Shown here in pieces: positions 9,288-20,106 of a stretch of DNA of 64,000 nucleotides. The position numbers were made by a program, and so were the translations under genes. Source of the DNA: a bacterium (lineage in GTDB: Bacteria; CLD3; SB21). Location: assembly GCA_013360215.1 (NCBI GenBank), contig JABWCP010000011.1, positions 1 through 64,000 on the forward strand, written 5' to 3'. The notes under the pieces are model-generated. The model was not told where the DNA came from and did not search any database. It was given only the letters and a program-made list of their open reading frames with translations. The first letter of the stretch is position 1. Each line of letters opens with the position of its first letter.

Positions 9288-10514
9288 TTACCTGTTTTCG
9301 CCGAGGGATGATGCGGAGTGCACCACACGGCCTTTTTTGATGACGTGCGCGACATGATTTTGTCCGAAATTATAAGGGATGTACCTATACCCCGGTACAT
9401 CAAACAAAACCATATCCGCTTGCATACCCACGGCGATATTTCCGATATGTGCTTTATCCAGCGCACGCGCGGCATGCAGCGTCACGCCTTTGATCGCTTC
9501 GTCCGGCGTCATGCGCATTTGGGTGCAGGCGATGGACATGATGAGCTGTAGATTTTGCGTCGGACAAGAACCCGGATTAAAATCCGTAGCTAAAGCAACC
9601 GGGATGCCCATGTCGATCATTTTACGGGCCGGCGGATATTGCATACGCAGGTAAAATGAACAGCCGGGTAATAAACCGGCGACGACATTGGATTCGGCCA
9701 GTGCCGCAAGCCCTTTATCGGAAATGGTTTCAAGATGATCGGCGGAAATAGCGCCCATCTCCGCGCATAATTCGGCGCCTCCGGTATTGGTCAATTGATC
9801 CGCATGCAACTTTAACTTCATCCCGTATTTTTTGGCCGTTTCAAAAATGTGACGCGTTTCATCCGGTGTAAATACGTTGGTCTCGCAAAACGCATCACAG
9901 AATTCGGCCAGTCGGTGTTCCGTTACCATGGGAATCATGGTTTCGCAAACCAAACGAATATATGCTTCGCGTTGCTGGCTGTATTCCGGAGGAATGGTGT
10001 GCGCGCCGAGGAAAGTGGCGCAAATCTCAAGCGGTGTGTGTTGCCGCACATCGCGAATGGTTTCGAGTATTTTGATTTCCGCTTCGACCGACAAACCGTA
10101 CCCGCTTTTCATTTCCATCGTGGTGATGCCGAGTCCCAATGCCGACTGACAACGTCGGATACCGAGTTGCAGTAGTTCCTCTTTGGATGCCGCGCGGGTT
10201 TTGTGCATTGTACTTTTGATGCCGCCGCCTTTAGCCGCGATGTCTTGGTAGGTGGCACCGCGCAGTTTCATTTCAAATTCGTCTTCGCGGGAGCCGCCGA
10301 AAATCGTATGCGTGTGCGAATCAATCAATCCCGGAAGCGCGACATACGATGCGCCGTCTAAAATCGTTGCATGGGCCGGCGCTGAAGTGGTCCCGGTGGG
10401 AGTAATGTCTGCGATCATTCCGTTTTCGATACGTATGTCTACCGTGTTGGCTGTGCGGAACAAGTCTTTTTCAAAAAAAACGACTTCTTTGATGTTTTGG
10501 ATAAAAAGCGTCAT
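9288..10514 (-). CDS. hutI: Imidazolonepropionase
   Basis: PGLIDSHTH, GGGI..T, EMKSGYGL, TFLGAH, KLHADQ, SADHLE and ALATDFNPGS. Start trimmed to MTLFIQ (ATG at 10514). Confidence 0.95.
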   Translation of the reverse strand: MTLFIQNIKEVVFFEKDLFRTANTVDIRIENGMIADITPTGTTSAPAHATILDGASYVALPGLIDSHTHTIFGGSREDEFEMKLRGATYQDIAAKGGGIKSTMHKTRAASKEELLQLGIRRCQSALGLGITTMEMKSGYGLSVEAEIKILETIRDVRQHTPLEICATFLGAHTIPPEYSQQREAYIRLVCETMIPMVTEHRLAEFCDAFCETNVFTPDETRHIFETAKKYGMKLKLHADQLTNTGGAELCAEMGAISADHLETISDKGLAALAESNVVAGLLPGCSFYLRMQYPPARKMIDMGIPVALATDFNPGSCPTQNLQLIMSIACTQMRMTPDEAIKGVTLHAARALDKAHIGNIAVGMQADMVLFDVPGYRYIPYNFGQNHVAHVIKKGRVVHSASSLGENR

Positions 10515-10684
10515 GGGTGTATTTTTTTGCAAGTGAAATAATCGTGCAATGGTAATAAAAACACACCGCAAAAGAAACAGTGATGTATAACCAAAAAAAC
10601 AGAGGACGGTATACTGTCGAAGGCTTTGAAACAGCATGAAACAAGGTTGATTTTAAGCGTCAATTTCAATATCATTTTCGGCTT

Positions 10685-11647
10685 ATGATACAAATCCAAG
10701 ATATACTCAATGCCTATAAAACGGTTCAGCCGATTGTACATAAAACTCCGCTGATGCAGTCCCATGCGCTGGATGAAAAAACGGGGAACTCGGTTTTTTT
10801 TAAGTGCGAAAATTTTCAAAAAGTGGGCGCTTTCAAAATACGCGGGGCGTATAATAAAATTGCATCGCTTTCTGCGGAACAAAAAGACAAAGGTGTAGTA
10901 GCTTTTTCCTCCGGTAATCATGCACAAGGCGTGGCCTTGGCGTCGCGCTTGCTTGGTACGACGTCCAAAATTGTCATGCCGGACAATTCGCCGAAATCTA
11001 AAATGGAAGCGACCCGCGCGTATGGTGCTGAGGTGATTGTTTACGATTTTCTCAAGGAAGATCGTGAAGCGATCGGTAAACGGATTTCCGAATCGGAGGG
11101 ACGTACGTTGGTGCCGCCGTTTAACGATGAATACATCATGGCCGGTCAGGGTACGGTGAGCGTTGAATTGGCGGAGCAAATATCGGATTTGGACTATGCC
11201 TTTATTCCTTGCGGTGGCGGCGGGCTTTTATCGGGCAATGCCGTCGCACTCAAACATTTTTATCCGCACATCAAAGTGGTCGGCGTAGAGACAGACACCG
11301 CTAATGATGCGTACCAATCATTTAACAAAGGCGAAATTGTAAAAATAGCGCCGCCGCCGACGATCGCGGACGGCATGCGAACCCTCGCTCTCGGCGACAA
11401 AACCTTTCCTGTGATCCGGCGTTATGTGGATGCGATGCTCACTGTGTCGGATCACGCCGTGATTGAAGCGATGTATTGGATTTATTCACGACTCAAGATC
11501 GTTGTCGAGCCGACCGCTGCGGTACCTTTTGCTGCGGTCATGCAAAATACATTGCAATTGCGCGGAAAAAAAATCGCCGTGATACTTTCCGGCGGAAATA
11601 TAGACTTGGATGATTTTTTTGAACTTCTCAAACGACAGGCCGCTTAG
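10685..11647 (+). CDS. PLP-dependent threonine/serine dehydratase family (serine racemase / hydroxyaspartate ammonia-lyase-like, no ACT domain)
   Basis: FKCENFQKVGAFKIRGA (PLP lysine), SSGNHAQG, GGGGLLSG and VILSGGN. Confidence 0.9.
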   Translation: MIQIQDILNAYKTVQPIVHKTPLMQSHALDEKTGNSVFFKCENFQKVGAFKIRGAYNKIASLSAEQKDKGVVAFSSGNHAQGVALASRLLGTTSKIVMPDNSPKSKMEATRAYGAEVIVYDFLKEDREAIGKRISESEGRTLVPPFNDEYIMAGQGTVSVELAEQISDLDYAFIPCGGGGLLSGNAVALKHFYPHIKVVGVETDTANDAYQSFNKGEIVKIAPPPTIADGMRTLALGDKTFPVIRRYVDAMLTVSDHAVIEAMYWIYSRLKIVVEPTAAVPFAAVMQNTLQLRGKKIAVILSGGNIDLDDFFELLKRQAA

Positions 11648-11650
11648 ATT

Positions 11651-13270
11651 ATGAACTTAGCAACGCTCCGGCAAAAATTACTTGATTCCTCTCGCCCTAA
11701 GATACTGGTGGTCGGCGATATTATTTTAGACAAATTTATTTGGGGCAGCGTTGATCGCATTTCGCCCGAAGCGCCGGTGCAGGTCGTCAATATGCGCAGA
11801 GAGACTCTGGCGCTGGGTGGCGCAGCGAATGTCGCCCACAATCTTGCGGCGATTGCTTGTGATGTTACGATGTTGGGTGTGATCGGACAGGATGCGCACG
11901 GCGCGGCGCTGAAAGAAGCGCTTGGGCAGGCCGGTATTCATTCCAGTCACGTAGTTACCGATGCGACGCGTCCTACGACCACCAAAACCCGCGTTATGGC
12001 CGGAAGCCAGCACGTCGTCCGTATTGATAACGAAGTCGCGGATGCTGTTTCGCCCGACGTTGAAAATCAAATCATCGCTTCCGTTAAAAAAATTATCGGT
12101 AACGTTGATGCAGTGATTATTTCTGATTATCAAAAAGGCGTTTTGACCGATAAAGTCTTACTCAATACGATACAGTTGGCCCGTCAAGCCGGTGTTCCGA
12201 GTATCGTGGATCCTAAACGCCGTGAATTTTCAGCGTATTCGGGCGCTACGATCATCAAGCCTAATCTCAAAGAAGCTGAAGCGGCCACGGGAAAAAAATT
12301 GACCAATGCGGACGAAGTTTTAAAAGCAGGGCGGTCCTTGGTCAATCAATATCAAACCGATGCGGTGCTGATCACACGCGGCAAGGACGGCATGATGCTC
12401 GTCGAAGCGCGCACGCATACCTCGATTGCGGCTACGGCGCGTGAAGTTTTTGATGTTACGGGTGCCGGTGATACGGTGAGCGCTTTTTTGGGAATGATGT
12501 TGGCCTCAAAAGCTACGCTTGCGGAAGCGGCCGAAGTGGCCAATCTGGCTGCCGGTGTGGCGGTGAGTCGTATGGGCACGGTGACGGTGACGCGGGAAGA
12601 AGTGCTGCATCAGATGGAGCAATCCGCGAGCGGTTCACGAAAAATCCTGACGGCCGGTGAAGCGCGTGTACTCATCGCCGGTATGCGCGGAAAAAAGAAA
12701 ATCGTATTTACCAACGGTTGTTTTGACATTCTCCATGTCGGTCATATCACGTTGCTCAATCAGGCACGGGCACTCGGTGATGCGCTGGTCGTAGGACTTA
12801 ATAGCGATGCTTCCGTGCGGCGACTTAAGGGCGAAAAACGCCCGATCGTTTCGGAGCAGGAACGCGCGCATATCCTTGCGGCGCTGGCATCGGTAGATTA
12901 CGTCGTGTTGTTTGATGAAGATACGCCGTTGGAACTGATACGACAGATTCAGCCGGATATTTTAGTCAAAGGTTCGGACTACACCTTGGATCGCGTTGTC
13001 GGACGCGCGGAAGTGGAGTCGTATGGCGGACGGGTCGCGCTTGTTGATTTGGTCGTCGGGTTTAGTACGACCAATATTGTCGAATCTATTTTGCAGGCCT
13101 ACGGCGTAAAACAAGAAAATAAAACAACGGACGATAAAAATTTGGCCCATGCTGAAAATACCATGCAACGCATCACATCGTTGCAGGATCGGTATGAAGA
13201 AAAAATTGATCGCATTGAAAATAAAAACAAATCCGACGCGCTAAACGCATTGCACCCAAAAAAGAAATAA
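11651..13270 (+). CDS. hldE: Bifunctional heptose-7-phosphate kinase / heptose-1-phosphate adenylyltransferase
   Basis: RISPEAPV, GGAANVA and DVTGAGDT kinase motifs, then FTNGCFDILHVGH and VGLNSDASVRRLKG transferase motifs. Confidence 0.95.
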   Translation: MNLATLRQKLLDSSRPKILVVGDIILDKFIWGSVDRISPEAPVQVVNMRRETLALGGAANVAHNLAAIACDVTMLGVIGQDAHGAALKEALGQAGIHSSHVVTDATRPTTTKTRVMAGSQHVVRIDNEVADAVSPDVENQIIASVKKIIGNVDAVIISDYQKGVLTDKVLLNTIQLARQAGVPSIVDPKRREFSAYSGATIIKPNLKEAEAATGKKLTNADEVLKAGRSLVNQYQTDAVLITRGKDGMMLVEARTHTSIAATAREVFDVTGAGDTVSAFLGMMLASKATLAEAAEVANLAAGVAVSRMGTVTVTREEVLHQMEQSASGSRKILTAGEARVLIAGMRGKKKIVFTNGCFDILHVGHITLLNQARALGDALVVGLNSDASVRRLKGEKRPIVSEQERAHILAALASVDYVVLFDEDTPLELIRQIQPDILVKGSDYTLDRVVGRAEVESYGGRVALVDLVVGFSTTNIVESILQAYGVKQENKTTDDKNLAHAENTMQRITSLQDRYEEKIDRIENKNKSDALNALHPKKK

Positions 13271-13286
13271 TCAGATATTCTAATCT

Positions 13287-14384
13287 ATGAAGTACTCCGA
13301 AATCAAATTTGATTGCCGCTTTTTCCGCGGTGATATTCCGTGTAAACCTAATAAATTGCACGGCAAAATTTGTAATACCTGCGATCAGTATCAACCGATT
13401 TCGCGTCGCATACTTATCATCAAACTGGGCGCTATCGGTGATGTCATTCGTACGACGCCGCTTGTGGTGCGTTATCATAAAATGTTCCCCAATTGCCATG
13501 TATCTTGGATCACGCACACACCCGAGGTCGTACCCTCTTCGATCGTGGACAAAGTTTACAAATTTGATTTCAAATCCGTGTATGCGTTAAGTCATCAACA
13601 CTTTGACATCGCAATCAACTTAGATAAAGATATCGAAGCCTGCGCTTTGCTCAACGATGTGCACGCCAAAGAAAAATTCGGTTTTGGCCTGAAAGACGGG
13701 CATGCGGCGGCAGAAAATCCGCTGGCAGAACATAAGTTTATTACCGGCGCTTTTGACAGCATCTCGCGCGCCAATACTAAAAATTACCTCGAAGAGATTT
13801 TTGAAATATGCGGGCTTACGTTTGAACGTGAGCCCTATATTTTAGATGTGGATAACAAATATCTTTCTGTAGCCGATCCGGTTTTACGTGCCGCGCAGGG
13901 CAAAAAAATCATCGGACTCAATACCGGTTGTGGAGACCGATGGCTCACGCGATTGTGGCCGGAGGCGTATTGGGTCGAATTGATCCAGATTCTTCAGATG
14001 AATGGTTTTTTTCCTCTGCTTCTGGGCGGGCCTGCAGAAGATGCGATGAACAAAAACTACGCTAAAATGACCGGTGCGTATTATCCGGGAACATTTACAT
14101 TGCAGGAATTTATCGCGTTGTCTTCTCGCTGTGATGTAGTGCTGACAGCGGTTTCCATGATGATGCACATTGCGATCGCAACGCGGGTACCGCTGGTACT
14201 TTTTAATAATATTTTTAATCCGCATGAATTCGAATTGTACGATAACGGTATCATGGTTCAGCCGGCTACCGGGTGCGATTGTTATTTCGGCAATACCTGT
14301 TCCCGCACGCATCACTGCATGCTTGATATTCCTGTAGATTCGGTATATCAGGCGATTGTTCGACTGAAAGACCGCAAAGCATGA
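13287..14384 (+). CDS. Glycosyltransferase family 9 (LPS heptosyltransferase-like)
   Basis: ILIIKLGAIGDV, RLWP..YW and MHIAIA; adjacent to hldE. Confidence 0.88.
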   Translation: MKYSEIKFDCRFFRGDIPCKPNKLHGKICNTCDQYQPISRRILIIKLGAIGDVIRTTPLVVRYHKMFPNCHVSWITHTPEVVPSSIVDKVYKFDFKSVYALSHQHFDIAINLDKDIEACALLNDVHAKEKFGFGLKDGHAAAENPLAEHKFITGAFDSISRANTKNYLEEIFEICGLTFEREPYILDVDNKYLSVADPVLRAAQGKKIIGLNTGCGDRWLTRLWPEAYWVELIQILQMNGFFPLLLGGPAEDAMNKNYAKMTGAYYPGTFTLQEFIALSSRCDVVLTAVSMMMHIAIATRVPLVLFNNIFNPHEFELYDNGIMVQPATGCDCYFGNTCSRTHHCMLDIPVDSVYQAIVRLKDRKA

Positions 14385-15508
14385 AAATTGCTTATCTGTC
14401 CACGTTTTATCCCTTTCGCGGCGGGATTGCTCAGTTTAATGCATCGCTGTACCGCACGTTTGAAAAACAACACACTGTTCAGGCTTTTACCTTTACGCGT
14501 CAATATCCCGATCTTCTTTTTCCCGGCAAAAGCCAATACGTAACTCCCGATGATCACGCCGATCCGATACCGTCCCGTGCGCTATTGGATACCGTCAATC
14601 CACTCTCGTATCGTCGCACGGCATTAGAATTAGCCGCGTTTGCTCCGGATATGCTGGTGATGAAGTTTTGGATGCCATTTTTTGCACCATCGTTAGGTTA
14701 TGTGGCGGGTTATCTTCGCCGACGCGGCACCAAAGTGATAACCGTGCTTGATAATGTTATCCCGCATGAAAAGCGACCGGGGGACATGGCATTGATTCGT
14801 TATTTTCTCCGTCGCAATAGCGGCTTCGTTGCGATGAGCAAAACGGTCGAACAGGATTTATTGGCATTGATGCCTGACGCACGATACACGCTCAAAGCGC
14901 ACCCGCTGTACGATCATTACGGTCCGGCTATCGCCCGTGATGAAGCGTGTGCGAAGCTGGGTATTCCGAAAAACAAAAAAACTATTCTTTTTTTTGGTTT
15001 TATCCGCGATTACAAAGGACTAGATCTTTTGATCCGTTCCGTTGCGCGATTGAGTGAATCGCATCATCTGATCATAGCCGGCGAAGTGTATGGAAGCTTC
15101 GATAAATATCAGGCTTTGATCAATGAATTAGGGTTACAAAATCGCATTTCACTGTTTACCCGTTATGTTGACGATGCCGAAGTGCCGTTGTTTTTTTCCG
15201 CGGCACAGTGCTGTGTATTGCCTTACCGTTCCGCAACTCAGAGCGGCATTGTGCAAATCGCGTATCATTATCACCTGCCCGTATTAGTTACCGATGTCGG
15301 TGGTTTATCGGAAATGGTGTCCGGCGGTCAGACAGGTGCGATCATTCCGCAAGCAGAACCGGAATCCATAGCAGCAGCAATTTCAGACTATTTTGATAAG
15401 GGATATTATGAAGCCATGTCACAAGCGATAGCTGGTCGGCGTGCGGAGTATTCATGGCAAGGATTTGCAGTCGCGATAGAAAAGCTATATGCGCAGGTTT
15501 CCGGATAG
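14381..15508 (+). CDS. Glycosyltransferase family 4
   Basis: FFGFIRDYKGLD, LPYRSATQSG and VTDVGGLSE; ATGA overlap with the GT9 gene. Confidence 0.9.
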   Translation: MKIAYLSTFYPFRGGIAQFNASLYRTFEKQHTVQAFTFTRQYPDLLFPGKSQYVTPDDHADPIPSRALLDTVNPLSYRRTALELAAFAPDMLVMKFWMPFFAPSLGYVAGYLRRRGTKVITVLDNVIPHEKRPGDMALIRYFLRRNSGFVAMSKTVEQDLLALMPDARYTLKAHPLYDHYGPAIARDEACAKLGIPKNKKTILFFGFIRDYKGLDLLIRSVARLSESHHLIIAGEVYGSFDKYQALINELGLQNRISLFTRYVDDAEVPLFFSAAQCCVLPYRSATQSGIVQIAYHYHLPVLVTDVGGLSEMVSGGQTGAIIPQAEPESIAAAISDYFDKGYYEAMSQAIAGRRAEYSWQGFAVAIEKLYAQVSG

Positions 15509-15616
15509 CGTGAACTTAAAATAGAAATTGAAAAATCAAATTATATAAGTTACTTTTCACTCCGTTCTGAAATTAAGATTTAGAATATACCCCTTAATCT
15601 AATCGGTTCGATCCAT

Positions 15617-18472
15617 ATGTATACTTTTTCAAAGAATTTCGCTTTTCTTTGGATTTTTCTATTTCTGGTGCAGTCCGCGGTTTATTCGCAGTCGGCGGCT
15701 TCTCTTAGCGGTATTGTGCGGGATAGCGATACGCGCGAACCGATGATCGGCGCGTATTTGAAATTGGCAGGTACTTCTTTGGGTGCCGTATCCGATAGGG
15801 AGGGACGTTTTCGTATCAGCGGTATTGCATCGGGGTCATACACACTCAAAGTTTCATATCTCGGCTATACAACTTACGAAAAAGAAATCACTGTAGCTGC
15901 CGGTGATCATACTAAGATGGAAATTTTGCTTAAGGCCGGCAGTATCGAATTGTCCGGTAGTGAAGTGTATGGTATGCGCGAAGGTCAAGCGAAAGCATTA
16001 AATCTTCAAAAAAATGCAGACAATCAGCAAGTTGTTACTTCGTCGGAGATTATCAAACTTTTTCCGGACCCCAATATTTCCGAGGCTTTGCAACGCATGC
16101 CGGGCGTAGCCGTACTGCGTGATCAAGGCGAAGGGCGTTATGTTTTTTTACGCGGATTAGAACCTAAATATTCGTCTGTCAAAATTAACGGTCAACCGGT
16201 GCCTTCGCCGGAGGGCGATATTCGCCAGGTTAGTTTGGATGTAATTTCTTCGAGCATGGTATCCCGTATTGAAGTTTCCAAAACGCTCACGCCGGACATG
16301 GATGCCGATGCCGTCGCCGGTGCGATCAATCTGGTTACAAAAAATGCGTTGGATTTTGATCAACAAATGTGGCAAGTGTCCGCCGGAACAGGTCGTAATA
16401 TGCTTGAAGGCAAACCTCTGGCCAATTTTGATATAACCTACGGCAACCGTTTCGGGGAAGAAAAAAGGTTGGGCGTGTTTGTCAATGCGATGGGTTATTA
16501 CACGCATCGCAATTCCGATGACATGGAACGCGTTTGGGGTGAACGCGCTTTCAATGGTAAAAATCACTACTTCATGAATGAATTTGAACTCAGAGACTAT
16601 AATGCAATACGGAAAAGGTTAAGCTTCAATGCCGCGACCGATTATCGTTTTTCGGAAACGAGCGATATACACTTTGGGGCCGTACATAATTATTTTAGAG
16701 ATGACGAGATACGTCGTCGTTTGCGAATTAAACTGAGCGAAGGTTCTGCTGCCGTTCGTGCACGACGTTTTAAATTTGTGTCGGATTCATCGGTAACTAT
16801 GGATTCGGCCGTCGTAGAGAGAGAGACCAAAGATTGGGCGTTGACCCGAAGCCTTACGAGTTTTCAGATGAGTGGTCACGCACAGTGGGCAGATATGGAC
16901 TGGACATACAGTGCCGCTTTATCGCGCGCAACAGAAGCGATTCCGGATCGCTTTGATTTCACCACCCGTCAGACGGATGTCAATCTTAAATACGACATGA
17001 CGAACCGTCAATTTCCAAAGTTCGCGTTTCTTTCCGGCGATCCTTATGACCCGGCCCTTTTCAAACTTAAGAACTTTGAAGTGCAAGAATACGACATTAC
17101 GGAATGGGATCGTATTGCTGAGCTGAATATTCGCAAGTCTTTGAGAATATTGTCGAACGGCGATTATGTCCAGTCCGGTGCAAAAGTGAGGTCCAAGGCA
17201 AAAGAACGGAATGATGAACACAATCGTGCAACGATAGCGAATCCCAATGCTCCACCATTCATGAATTTTTTTGCGGAATCGGATGAAGACATAAATTTTC
17301 TTTATTCGCGATACCGATTCGGCACGTCAGCGGATCCTTCGCTCATTCGGCGTTGGGCCGACACAGTCAACTTGCAGAATAGCGCAGCGTATTCGGCCGA
17401 TAATAATTTTATTACAAACTACAAAGCGGCTGAAAAAATTGTCGCCGTTTATGGACTGTCAAAAATATATTCCGGTTCTTGGGAATTTTTAGCAGGCGTG
17501 CGTATGGAAAAAACCTACATTGATTACGACGGTATAAAGGTGGTGCAAAACGGAAACAGGATTCGATCTACACAACAAGGGTATCCTGACACACTTCATC
17601 CTGCCGGTTATCCGATCGATACGATAAGCCTAAACGGTAAACATGAATATTATCAATTGTTTCCGTCGGTCAACATAAAGTATTCGATGTCGGATAGGTT
17701 TGTTATGCGCGGTGCGATCAGTCGGGCTATTTTTAGAGCTGATTATTTTGATCTTATTCCCTACGAAGTCTTTGATTATCAAAATTTAACTATCGCAAGG
17801 GGCAATACATACCTCCGCCCCACGACTTCATGGAATTTTGATTTGTCTGCCGATTACTATTTTCAGAATGCGGGAATTATAGCCGGCGGAGTATACTATA
17901 AATATATCGATGACTTCATTTATCAACGGCAATATATTGATAGCACGAATATTCAAGACGGTGTCCCGTGGATCGTGAATCAAAAACAAAATGGTAAAGC
18001 GGCTAAACTTTTTGGCGCTGAATTTAATTGGCAGCAAACATTTACTTTTTTACCTCCCAATTTTGACGGGCTTGGCATTTATTTGAACTATGCCTATACG
18101 CATTCGCAAGCCTACTATCCGCAAAGGCCGGGTAATAAAAATACGTTGCCGGGTCAGCCTAATCATGTGGGCAATTTTGCTTTGACTTACGAGAAAAAAG
18201 GATTTGCCGCGCGCGTAGCGTGGAATTATAGCGGGCCTTATGTGTTAACGGTTTCCGATTCGGTAGATACGGATTTTGATACGTACGTGGATCGGCATTT
18301 GCAGTTGGATATTTCCGCTTCCCAGAAATTGACCAAACATATTCGTATTTACCTTGAGCTCAACAACCTGACCAATGAACCGTATCGTGAGTACGTCGGT
18401 TCCCGTAAACGGTTACGCCAGCAGGAATATTATTCGTGGTGGGGCAAATTGGGTGCGGAATATACTTTTTAA
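15617..18472 (+). CDS. TonB-dependent receptor with N-terminal carboxypeptidase-regulatory-like domain
   Basis: Signal peptide, plug motif NISEALQRMPGV…DQGEGRYV..RG, IEVSKTLTPDMDAD and C-terminal aromatic YTF. Confidence 0.92.
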   Translation: MYTFSKNFAFLWIFLFLVQSAVYSQSAASLSGIVRDSDTREPMIGAYLKLAGTSLGAVSDREGRFRISGIASGSYTLKVSYLGYTTYEKEITVAAGDHTKMEILLKAGSIELSGSEVYGMREGQAKALNLQKNADNQQVVTSSEIIKLFPDPNISEALQRMPGVAVLRDQGEGRYVFLRGLEPKYSSVKINGQPVPSPEGDIRQVSLDVISSSMVSRIEVSKTLTPDMDADAVAGAINLVTKNALDFDQQMWQVSAGTGRNMLEGKPLANFDITYGNRFGEEKRLGVFVNAMGYYTHRNSDDMERVWGERAFNGKNHYFMNEFELRDYNAIRKRLSFNAATDYRFSETSDIHFGAVHNYFRDDEIRRRLRIKLSEGSAAVRARRFKFVSDSSVTMDSAVVERETKDWALTRSLTSFQMSGHAQWADMDWTYSAALSRATEAIPDRFDFTTRQTDVNLKYDMTNRQFPKFAFLSGDPYDPALFKLKNFEVQEYDITEWDRIAELNIRKSLRILSNGDYVQSGAKVRSKAKERNDEHNRATIANPNAPPFMNFFAESDEDINFLYSRYRFGTSADPSLIRRWADTVNLQNSAAYSADNNFITNYKAAEKIVAVYGLSKIYSGSWEFLAGVRMEKTYIDYDGIKVVQNGNRIRSTQQGYPDTLHPAGYPIDTISLNGKHEYYQLFPSVNIKYSMSDRFVMRGAISRAIFRADYFDLIPYEVFDYQNLTIARGNTYLRPTTSWNFDLSADYYFQNAGIIAGGVYYKYIDDFIYQRQYIDSTNIQDGVPWIVNQKQNGKAAKLFGAEFNWQQTFTFLPPNFDGLGIYLNYAYTHSQAYYPQRPGNKNTLPGQPNHVGNFALTYEKKGFAARVAWNYSGPYVLTVSDSVDTDFDTYVDRHLQLDISASQKLTKHIRIYLELNNLTNEPYREYVGSRKRLRQQEYYSWWGKLGAEYTF

Positions 18473-18492
18473 TTTACGGATTCCAGTGGCTC

Positions 18493-18529
18493 AAAAAAAA
18501 GACTATCTGATATCTGTCAGACAGTCTTT
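18493..18529. terminator. Hairpin terminator between the convergent TBDR and msrA genes
   Basis: AAAGACTATCTGA…TCAGACAGTCTTT with an A8 tract. Confidence 0.7.
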
Positions 18530-18554
18530 ATAGCAGATTTTCTTTTGTAATTGG

Positions 18555-19211
18555 CTATTCCGATTTCAACTTATCTTTAAAAACCTTCCTGAATTTTTCC
18601 AGTTTTGGTTTGATCACGTACGCGCAGTACGGCGCATTGCCGTTATCATTGAAATAATTTTGATGATAATCTTCCGCGGAATAAAATTTCTTAAACGCCG
18701 AAATTTCGGTTACGATGGGGCTTTTGAATGCGCCGGATGCATCTAATTTTTGTTTGATGTCCTCGGCGAAACGGCGCTGATCATCACTGTGATAAAAAAT
18801 AGCAGAGCGATACTGCGTTCCTTCATCCGCGCCTTGACGGTTGAGCGTGGTCGGATCGTGGGTGCCGAAAAAAACTTCAAGCAATTCGACAAACGAAACG
18901 GTTTTAGGATCAAATGTCAATTGGATGACTTCCGCATGGCCGGTATTACCGTTGCAGACTTGTTGATATGTCGGGTTGTCCACATGCCCTCCGCTATAAC
19001 CGGACTTGACGGACAATACACCTTTGGTTCGCTGAAATACTGCTTCCACGCACCAAAAGCAACCGGCGCCAAATGTCGCAGTATCTACCGCCGCTTGATT
19101 AGTTATCATAGGTTCCTTCCTCATGGTTGAACGTAAAATTTCGGTTGAATTATCATGTTCTTTACTGCAACCGATGATAAACAACATACTCAATAAAGAG
19201 TATAAACTCAT
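18555..19211 (-). CDS. msrA: Peptide-methionine (S)-S-oxide reductase, probably a lipoprotein
   Basis: GCFWC, GYSGG, GHAEV, DPTTLNRQG.D.GTQYRS and AEDYHQNY; N-terminal FIIGC lipobox. Confidence 0.95.
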   Translation of the reverse strand: MSLYSLLSMLFIIGCSKEHDNSTEILRSTMRKEPMITNQAAVDTATFGAGCFWCVEAVFQRTKGVLSVKSGYSGGHVDNPTYQQVCNGNTGHAEVIQLTFDPKTVSFVELLEVFFGTHDPTTLNRQGADEGTQYRSAIFYHSDDQRRFAEDIKQKLDASGAFKSPIVTEISAFKKFYSAEDYHQNYFNDNGNAPYCAYVIKPKLEKFRKVFKDKLKSE

Positions 19212-19294
19212 AGATTTCCTTTCATGTTATTGCCGTGTAATACAACGGTGACAATCGTCATCTATTCCCTCATGGCGTCAAAATAACACAAAAT

Positions 19295-19326
19295 AAAAAA
19301 GGTTTGTGATCGTCGTCACAAACCTT
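19295..19326 (-). terminator. Intrinsic terminator
   Basis: AAGGTTTGTGA…TCACAAACCTT with an A6 tract. Confidence 0.75.
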
Positions 19327-19351
19327 GAAGTGAAATTATTTATCAAATCGT

Positions 19352-19606
19352 TTAAGAAGACCAATCTTCCGCAGATTTGATCCATTTTTCGACCGTAAGA
19401 TAAGCCGGCATGCGACCGGTGCTGATGATGTGCCCATTGATGAGCAAGCCCGGCGTCGCAAAAACGCCAAGGCGGCTGTAGTCCTGCCTCTCGGTAATGC
19501 GTTCGATCTGAGCATCCACGTGATAAGCGTGTATCGCTTCACGGCACATATCTTCGAGTTTGGTGCAGTTGATACATCCCGGTCCGGCAATCTGAATGCG
19601 CATCAT
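19352..19606 (-). CDS. Small redox-active disulfide protein (thioredoxin-like, MTH895/Thioredoxin_3 type)
   Basis: IQIAGPGCINC (CxxC) and GVFATPGLLING…GRMP. AGGAGG SD sits 7 nt before ATG 19606. Confidence 0.85.
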   Translation of the reverse strand: MMRIQIAGPGCINCTKLEDMCREAIHAYHVDAQIERITERQDYSRLGVFATPGLLINGHIISTGRMPAYLTVEKWIKSAEDWSS

Positions 19607-19710
19607 GATGAGACCTCCTTCGTCTATTAAAAAATAATACGACGAATAGCATCGTGATGGCAATGCGGAGAGTCAGGATGGCGATTGACCGAAGTCAGGT
19701 GTTTTAAATT

Positions 19711-20040
19711 CTATTTTGAACCGATGATATCGTTGACCCAGCTCATCGCCGCCATCATACCGGGAAATCCGATGGTGGGAAGCGTAAGCATGATTACGTG
19801 ACGCATTTCCTCCGGTGAAGCGCCGGCTGTAAGGGCTTTGCGCACATGCGAATGGACGGCGCCTTCTTGGCGACTGGCTGCGGAAATAGCCAATTTGATC
19901 AGTGCACGTGTTTTGGTATCCAGAGGTCCGGCATGATGCACGGCATCGCCAAGTTCCTCATACGCTTTAGCTACACGCGGATAGTCTTTGACAAAATTCT
20001 GATAATTTTTCGGGATCTGCTTTTTTTTATTCGTTTTCAT
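19711..20040 (-). CDS. Carboxymuconolactone decarboxylase (CMD/AhpD-like) family protein
   Basis: GPLDTKTRALIKLA…GAVHSHVRKAL.AGAS.EE…TIGFP. Confidence 0.88.
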   Translation of the reverse strand: MKTNKKKQIPKNYQNFVKDYPRVAKAYEELGDAVHHAGPLDTKTRALIKLAISAASRQEGAVHSHVRKALTAGASPEEMRHVIMLTLPTIGFPGMMAAMSWVNDIIGSK

Positions 20041-20106
20041 GGGTACTTACTTTCAAATATGGATCACAGATTATTCACGCCATGAGTTTACTCAAAAAAA
20101 ATTAAT

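Noticed and set aside
15617-18472. TonB-dependent receptor as part of the Pho regulon (phytate or organophosphate uptake)
   Set aside because: No 11-bp-period repeat is visible in its upstream region, and there is no adjacent phytase or phosphatase gene.
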